From an uncultured bacterium (GTDB lineage Bacteria; Verrucomicrobiota; Verrucomicrobiia; Limisphaerales; UBA8199), in contig CAVVMW010000010.1 of the NCBI GenBank assembly GCA_963749495.1, positions 384,001 to 448,000 of the forward strand: DNA of 64,000 bases. Direction: 5' to 3'. This document shows positions 54,680 to 64,000 of this stretch, piece after piece. Position 1 is the stretch's first letter. Each line of letters opens with the position of its first letter. Under the pieces are notes generated by a model that was not told the origin of the DNA, did no database searches, and saw only the letters and a program-made list of their open reading frames with translations. A program made the position numbers and the translations under genes.

Positions 54680-54845
54680 AACGCAGAGACGCAAAGACCG
54701 CAGAGAAGAAAAACCAAGGAGAAGAGCTTGTGCGCATGCACAAGAGATCCTGCTCAAAATCAACGATTCTCGGAATCTGCACCGCAAAACACCTCGGAGA
54801 CTGGTGCTGTTGGCCTTCTCTGCGTTCTTTGCGTCTCTGCGGTTG
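54680..54845. repeat. Inverted pair of 9-mer tandem arrays
   Basis: aacgcagagacgcaaagaccgcagag ... ctctgcgttctttgcgtctctgcggtt; analogous pairs at 14695-14782 and 43395-43502. Confidence 0.65.
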
Positions 54846-54960
54846 AATAGACGCCCCCGAAGTCTCCGAGCCGTCGTCGCCCCTCTGGCGCGCGCAACAG
54901 GCCGGTGCTGTTCGGCGGCCATTACTTGGGCGACAAGCGGGCCTGTGCAGCGGCTCGGAT

Positions 54961-55419
54961 TCACCGGCGCTTCTGAGCAAGGTTGATTACGGTCAGCCCC
55001 GCTGCCTCGGCGAGGGTAATCTGGTCGGCGTCGAAGGAGACCATGGCCTCAGCCGCCACCTCGATGGCAATCGCAACGTGGAAAAGGTCCATCGAGCGGA
55101 TCACCATCCTCAACGAGTGTTCGGCTCTGAGTTCGCCGGCCGTGCGCACAGCGTCAGTCCAGTCGAACTCGACATGCGGCCAATACCCGAGTCTTACTTC
55201 CTGCTCCAGCAGCCGGATGATCTGGCGCGACTCACCCATTGCCAGGAGACCGGAGCGTTCCGCCTGGCAAAAGCTATTAAATACTTCGACACGTTGCCAG
55301 GGCGTCCATAGCACCTCCGCATCCGGTTCGCGATCAAACAGGCTCAGTGCCGCTGCATGCTGGGTATCACGCCGGCACTTGTAACCCAGCCACCACGAGG
55401 TGTCCGCATAAATTCTCAT
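54961..55419 (-). CDS. vapC: VapC-like PIN-domain toxin
   Basis: IYADTS...EV...RSMDLFHVAIA...SFDADQ acidic PIN motifs. Confidence 0.88.
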   Translation of the reverse strand: MRIYADTSWWLGYKCRRDTQHAAALSLFDREPDAEVLWTPWQRVEVFNSFCQAERSGLLAMGESRQIIRLLEQEVRLGYWPHVEFDWTDAVRTAGELRAEHSLRMVIRSMDLFHVAIAIEVAAEAMVSFDADQITLAEAAGLTVINLAQKRR

Positions 55420-55640
55420 TTTTTCAGCGAGACGAGAAAGGCCGTCCCGTCGAATTTCGAAGCTTTGAGATTGCCGACAGCGCGCGCTTCCGCCAGCTTC
55501 CGCGTCATTCTTGGTCTCGGGCTCTTGCTCACTACAAACTTGGGCTTGCCCTTGGCCGTCACGACCAGTTGCTTCCCTTCAGCCAGCCCATCCACCAGGC
55601 CGGCGTTGTGATAAAACTCACGAACGGTGACTGTTTTCAT
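55416..55640 (-). CDS. Phd/YefM-type antitoxin
   Basis: MKTVTVREF...LVVTAKGKP; overlaps the toxin ORF. Confidence 0.82.
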   Translation of the reverse strand: MKTVTVREFYHNAGLVDGLAEGKQLVVTAKGKPKFVVSKSPRPRMTRKLAEARAVGNLKASKFDGTAFLVSLKK

Positions 55641-55707
55641 ACGTTAGACAATGCCGTCTAACGTTGCTGAAATCAAGGCCGGATTTGAAGCGCCCTAATC
55701 CTTCATC

Positions 55708-56020
55708 CTTCACACCGTGTGATCCTCGCGGATGATGGTGCGGCAGCCGCCGGCCAGGCTGGGGCGCCAGTTTTTGGGCGGTTTGGTCTTCTTGAGTTCG
55801 TCCAGTTGTCCGATTTCCTTGAGGCGCTGGTAGATGAGTTGCCAGGCACAAGGGCGGGCGGGGTCCACTTCGCACCGGTCTTCGCGGGAGCCGCTGCACG
55901 GGCCATTGAGCATCTGTTTGGCGCAGCGGGTGATCGGGCAAATCCCGCCGTATTGGTGGAGCACACAGGCGCCGCAGGCCGCGCACTTTTCGGACCAAAC
56001 CCCGCGTTTCTCGAGGATGC
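55708..56020 (-). pseudogene. Duplicated 3' end of metV (313 bp)
   Basis: Direct repeat of 57266-57578 with a handful of substitutions. Confidence 0.9.
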
Positions 56021-56110
56021 GTAGTGAGGTTCGGGTTTCGTCCTCCGTTTGGCGTTCCGGAGCCGACTGATCCCGGGCCCGGCGTCCTATGCTGGTCGGT
56101 TCTTCAACGG

Positions 56111-57078
56111 TCAATGCGGCCTGCCATACGGCGGCGATTTTTCGGCCAGAGTAAGCGCCAATTGGCTTTTGGGAGCTTCCGCTTCCACAATGCCATTCAG
56201 CTCGACCTCTATGGTTTGGCCTTGGAAGTGGGGATAAAGCGCGGAGAGCCGGGGGATGGCCTGTTCGGCGAGGTGAAAATAGTCCGCGTCAATCTCCAAG
56301 CCGCTTGAGGCGTAGCCGACGGCTTCAGCTGCGGCGATGGTTGACCCGGAACCCATGAACGGGTCAAGAATGGTTCCCTCTCCCAGGGGCAGCAACGCGC
56401 GCACGATGATACGCATGAAATGCTGGGGCTTGAGGCAGGGGTGGTCGGAGATGGTCTCTTCGCGCTTGGGGGTGCGGCCGCTCGGGATCGCGTCCGGCAG
56501 CGGTCTATCTAGTGAGAGCCGGCGCAGGCTCCAGTCTTCCACCGCCGCAAGTTTTCGGCGACGGTCCCGGCGCCGATGGGTTTGCGGAAGAGCATCCAGG
56601 GTTCGTACGCCCCTTTTGGACTGACGCAGACTTCGGGGAATTCGGTTTCGGCGTTCTTGGGCCGGTCACCGCCGCGAAAACTGTAATAGAGACGCATAAG
56701 GGCGGGGCGGACTTCGTAGCCGGCCTCAGCCATAGCGCCTTGAACATGGTGTTGAAGAATCGGGTGGCCGGCCACACAGACATGCGCGCCTGGAACGAGC
56801 ACGCGGAGGAGAAGCCCGCCCCAATCCCGAAAATAGTCTCGAAGGTGCTGTTTTTGTTCCGCGGTCAAGATAGTGAAGCGTGGCAACGGGTCGCGGTGGC
56901 TGCCGCCGACCTTGGGTGGGAGCCGCCACACGCCGCCGTGTCCCGCGCGGAGCTTGGCCAGTTCTTTCTCCGTGAACTCCAGAATCCCATACGGAGGGTC
57001 GGTGCACACGGCCTGCAGCGAGTGCGCGGGGCAACCCCGCAGCCAATCGAAGCAATCCGTGTTTTCAATCCGATACAC
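56111..57078 (-). CDS. Beta-class N4/N6 DNA methyltransferase (frameshift at ~56530)
   Basis: TDPPY precedes HPCLKP and DPFMGSGST. Confidence 0.88.
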
Positions 57079-57267
57079 ACCCCATTTTTCAACTATAGGC
57101 GAAAGACAAGCAAGTGAAAGTGGGAGGGACGACGAAATTGCGAGACGGCTCGGTGTATTTGGACCCGAGGGCTGTGGACTTCAAACGGCGGCGGCAGGCG
57201 CGATCGGGCGCGATTCCCGAGTTTTCGATTTTTAGCCAGACGTGAGGCGAGCTCTCCCTGGGTTTCT

Positions 57268-57937
57268 TCACACCCTGTGATCCTCGCGGATGATGGTGCG
57301 GCAGCCGCCGGCCAGGCTGGGGCGCCAGTTTTTGGGCGGTTTGGTCTTCTTGAGTTCGTCCAGTTGTCCGATTTCCTTGAGGCGTTGGTAGATGAGTTGC
57401 CAGGCACACGGGCGGGCGGGGTCCACTTCACACCGGTCTTCGCGGGAGCCGCTGCACGGGCCATTGAGCATCTGTTTGGCGCAGCGGGTGATCGGGCAAA
57501 TCCCGCCGTATTGGTGGAGCACACAGGCGCCGCAGGCCGCGCACTTTTCGGACCAAACCCCGCGCTTCTTGAGGATGCCGATAAAGGCCGTGTCCAGGCC
57601 CGCGTAAACCGGCTTGCCGGTGTACCGCTCCGCCAGGGCCTGAACGCCGGCGCCGCAACCCAGGGAAAGAACGGCATCGTGGCTCTTGATAGCATCGGCG
57701 GCCTGCTCGAGAAAGACGTTGTCGCACTGGCGTTCGATCGTCGCTTCTTCGACTTCAAGGGGCAGGCCCTTGAGTCGTGCCGCCATGCGCAGCGCGGAGG
57801 CGATGATGCTGACTTCACGCTGCCCGCCGGCCAGGCAGACGGTGACGCAGGTGCCGCAACCGAGCAAAAGGAGCTTCTGGTGCTTTTCCACTATGGCCAA
57901 CAGGTCAGGGATTGTTTTTCGTTGTGCGACGATCATG
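57268..57937 (-). CDS. metV: Methylene-THF reductase small subunit MetV (MTHFR C-terminal domain family)
   Basis: GCGTCVTVC, ERQCD, CGAGVQ, CAACGAC, CPITRCAKQMLNGPCSG; starts at MIVAQRK. Confidence 0.88.
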
Positions 57938-58522
57938 AGGATGTCTCCGGTTTTGAGGAACCTGAGTGTTTGAGAGGGTGTCCGAAAGACTCGCCGGAGT
58001 GAAAACTTTGTCGCAGCCTTTGTCGAGACCTTTGTCGGGTTCGCCATCTTTCGACAAAGGCTGCGACAAAGGCTGCGACAAAGATTCGCAATCGGAGTTT
58101 TTCGGACATGCTTTGAGAGGGTTCGGTCCCAGTTTGCGCACCGTTTGCACCATATCCGCAATCGTATCCGCCAAGGGCCGGGCCATGGCGGCGGAAACGT
58201 TGACCATGCGGATGCGGTCTGTTTCAATGCCGATTTCCATGAGCAGGTCCCGGGTATAATTGACCCGGCGTTTGGCGCAAAGGTTGCCCTCGACAAAATG
58301 GCAGCCGCCTTCGAGGCAGCCCGCCACCAGGACGCCGTCCGCGCCATTTTCCAAGGCCTTCATGAAATACTCGGTCTCCAGGCGGCCGGTGCACGGGGTG
58401 CGGATGATGCGCACATTGGGAGGGTACTGAATGCGCATCGAGCCTGCCAGGTCGGCGGAGGAATAGGCACAGTAATGGCAGCAAAAGGCCAAAATCCTGG
58501 GTTCAAAGGCTTGGGATTCCAT
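57905..58522 (-). CDS. mvhD: Methyl-viologen-reducing hydrogenase delta subunit, with C-terminus altered by a MITE
   Basis: FCCHYCAYSSADLAG, PCTGR, GADGVLVAGCLEGGCHF. Confidence 0.92.
   Translation of the reverse strand: MESQAFEPRILAFCCHYCAYSSADLAGSMRIQYPPNVRIIRTPCTGRLETEYFMKALENGADGVLVAGCLEGGCHFVEGNLCAKRRVNYTRDLLMEIGIETDRIRMVNVSAAMARPLADTIADMVQTVRKLGPNPLKACPKNSDCESLSQPLSQPLSKDGEPDKGLDKGCDKVFTPASLSDTLSNTQVPQNRRHPHDRRTTKNNP
57974..58113. mobile_element. 140-bp MITE (family A, TGA TSD) carrying 12-bp tandem repeats
   Basis: tga|gagggtgtccgaaa...tttcggacatgctt|tga; inner (tttgtcgcagcc)n and (cgacaaaggctg)n. Confidence 0.78.
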
Positions 58523-58525
58523 GGC

Positions 58526-63114
<4,589 letters not shown>

Positions 63115-63266
63115 GGTAACTGTTCGGGTGGGGATGCGTGGGGCAGACCTCTGGTCTGCCGGTTGGAGGGGCCTCTGGCCCCGAGGCTCGCAACTGGAAG
63201 GGACACGGAGCCGGAGGCTCCGTGAACCGGCAGACCGGAGGTCTGCCCCACACCAGTAGAGTTACC
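63115..63266. mobile_element. 152-bp MITE (family B) inserted at the hdrA start codon
   Basis: Ends ggtaact/agttacc; TSD gctcat at 63109-63114 and 63267-63272. Confidence 0.88.
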
Positions 63267-63273
63267 GCTCATG

Positions 63274-64000
63274 TCAGTTTGCCGCCACCCTTTCCAAGAC
63301 CCTCGATGCTGGGACCATCAGCTTGCGGAACCCCAGCGCATCGGGGCGAAGGCCAAGACAAAGCCCAAGAAGCTGGGTGATATAGACGATGGGCATTTGG
63401 TAGTTCCTGCCGGTTTGCTTGTGGATGTCCTGCTGCCGCAGATCGAGGTTGACCTGGCACATGGGGCAAGTGACCGCGATACAGTCGGCGCCCGCGCGGG
63501 CGGCCATGCCGAGAATCGAATCCGCGAGCTGAACCACCACGTCCGTTCGCGAGAGCGAGAGCCCGCCGCCGCAACACTCGACTTTGCACGGCCAGTCCAG
63601 GCTCCGGCCGCCCATCGCTTCGACCAACCGGTCAAGGGACGTTGGATCTTCCGGGTCATCGAATTTCATGACCTTTGGCGGACGCACCAGCAGGCACCCG
63701 TAGTAACAAGCCACCTTGAGGCCGTTGAGCGAATGTTCAACGGCGCGGGAGATTGCCTTCAGTCCCACGTCGTCCAGGAGCACTTCGAGGAAATGCCGTA
63801 CTTTGACCGAGCCATCATAATCGCGCTCCAGCGCCTGGGCGACCTGCTCGCGGATGGCTGGGTGGGCCGCGATTTCGGAGTTGGCCACTTTCATCCGGTT
63901 GAAGCAAGCGGCGCAATTGACCACCATGTCCAGTTTCATGCCCTGGACTTTGGCCATATTGGCGGCGGGCAATGACACGGCCAGGAAAGGATCGGTCTGG
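63274..64000 (-). CDS. hdrB: Heterodisulfide reductase subunit B family (5' end beyond the window)
   Basis: CAACF, YYGCLLVRP, CCGG, CPMCQVNLDLRQ, PIVYITQLLG. Confidence 0.93.
   Translation of the reverse strand, partial: QTDPFLAVSLPAANMAKVQGMKLDMVVNCAACFNRMKVANSEIAAHPAIREQVAQALERDYDGSVKVRHFLEVLLDDVGLKAISRAVEHSLNGLKVACYYGCLLVRPPKVMKFDDPEDPTSLDRLVEAMGGRSLDWPCKVECCGGGLSLSRTDVVVQLADSILGMAARAGADCIAVTCPMCQVNLDLRQQDIHKQTGRNYQMPIVYITQLLGLCLGLRPDALGFRKLMVPASRVLERVAAN

Noticed and set aside
55708..57578. metV repeat (and the 83-bp ceramidase repeat) as a DGR template/variable pair
   Set aside because: Differences are few and not adenine-specific, and there is no reverse transcriptase in the window.
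57268..58347. 359-aa extended metV ORF as an mvhD-metV fusion
   Set aside because: The upstream part is an off-frame read of mvhD and the MITE; homology starts at MIVAQRK (57937).

Overview
GC-rich bacterial window, most likely from a subdivision-3 Verrucomicrobiota (Pedosphaerales/Limisphaerales-like) genome. This placement is an inference from the FTLIELLVV prepilin remnants, the ECF-sigma tail and several secreted proteins ending in F(F/Y)RL. About ten otherwise intact genes carry single indels, which suggests long-read assembly error. Contents from left to right: (1) a sugar operon (class I aldolase, ABC ATPase, fused permease-binding protein) and an MNT-HEPN remnant; (2) two large LamG-type secreted proteins and a ~2,200-aa secreted protein of unknown family; (3) a 25-43 kb mosaic of gene fragments around tRNA-Ser(GCT) and a broken tyrosine integrase; (4) serpin, ceramidase-like, DegT, heparinase II/III, non-pyrrolysine MttB, GH50-like and VapBC genes; (5) a DNA methyltransferase between two copies of the metV 3' end, then a hdrB-hdrA(L)-mvhD-metV cluster lacking metF. 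The most notable unannotated signal is at least three families of short non-autonomous elements. Each has its own TIR/TSD signature and carries a REP-like palindrome, and several sit in genes while preserving the reading frame or translational coupling. Also notable are a ~250-nt conserved non-coding leader in two full copies and one partial copy, and a shared C-terminal domain on four unrelated secreted proteins. No CRISPR array, reverse transcriptase or rRNA was seen.
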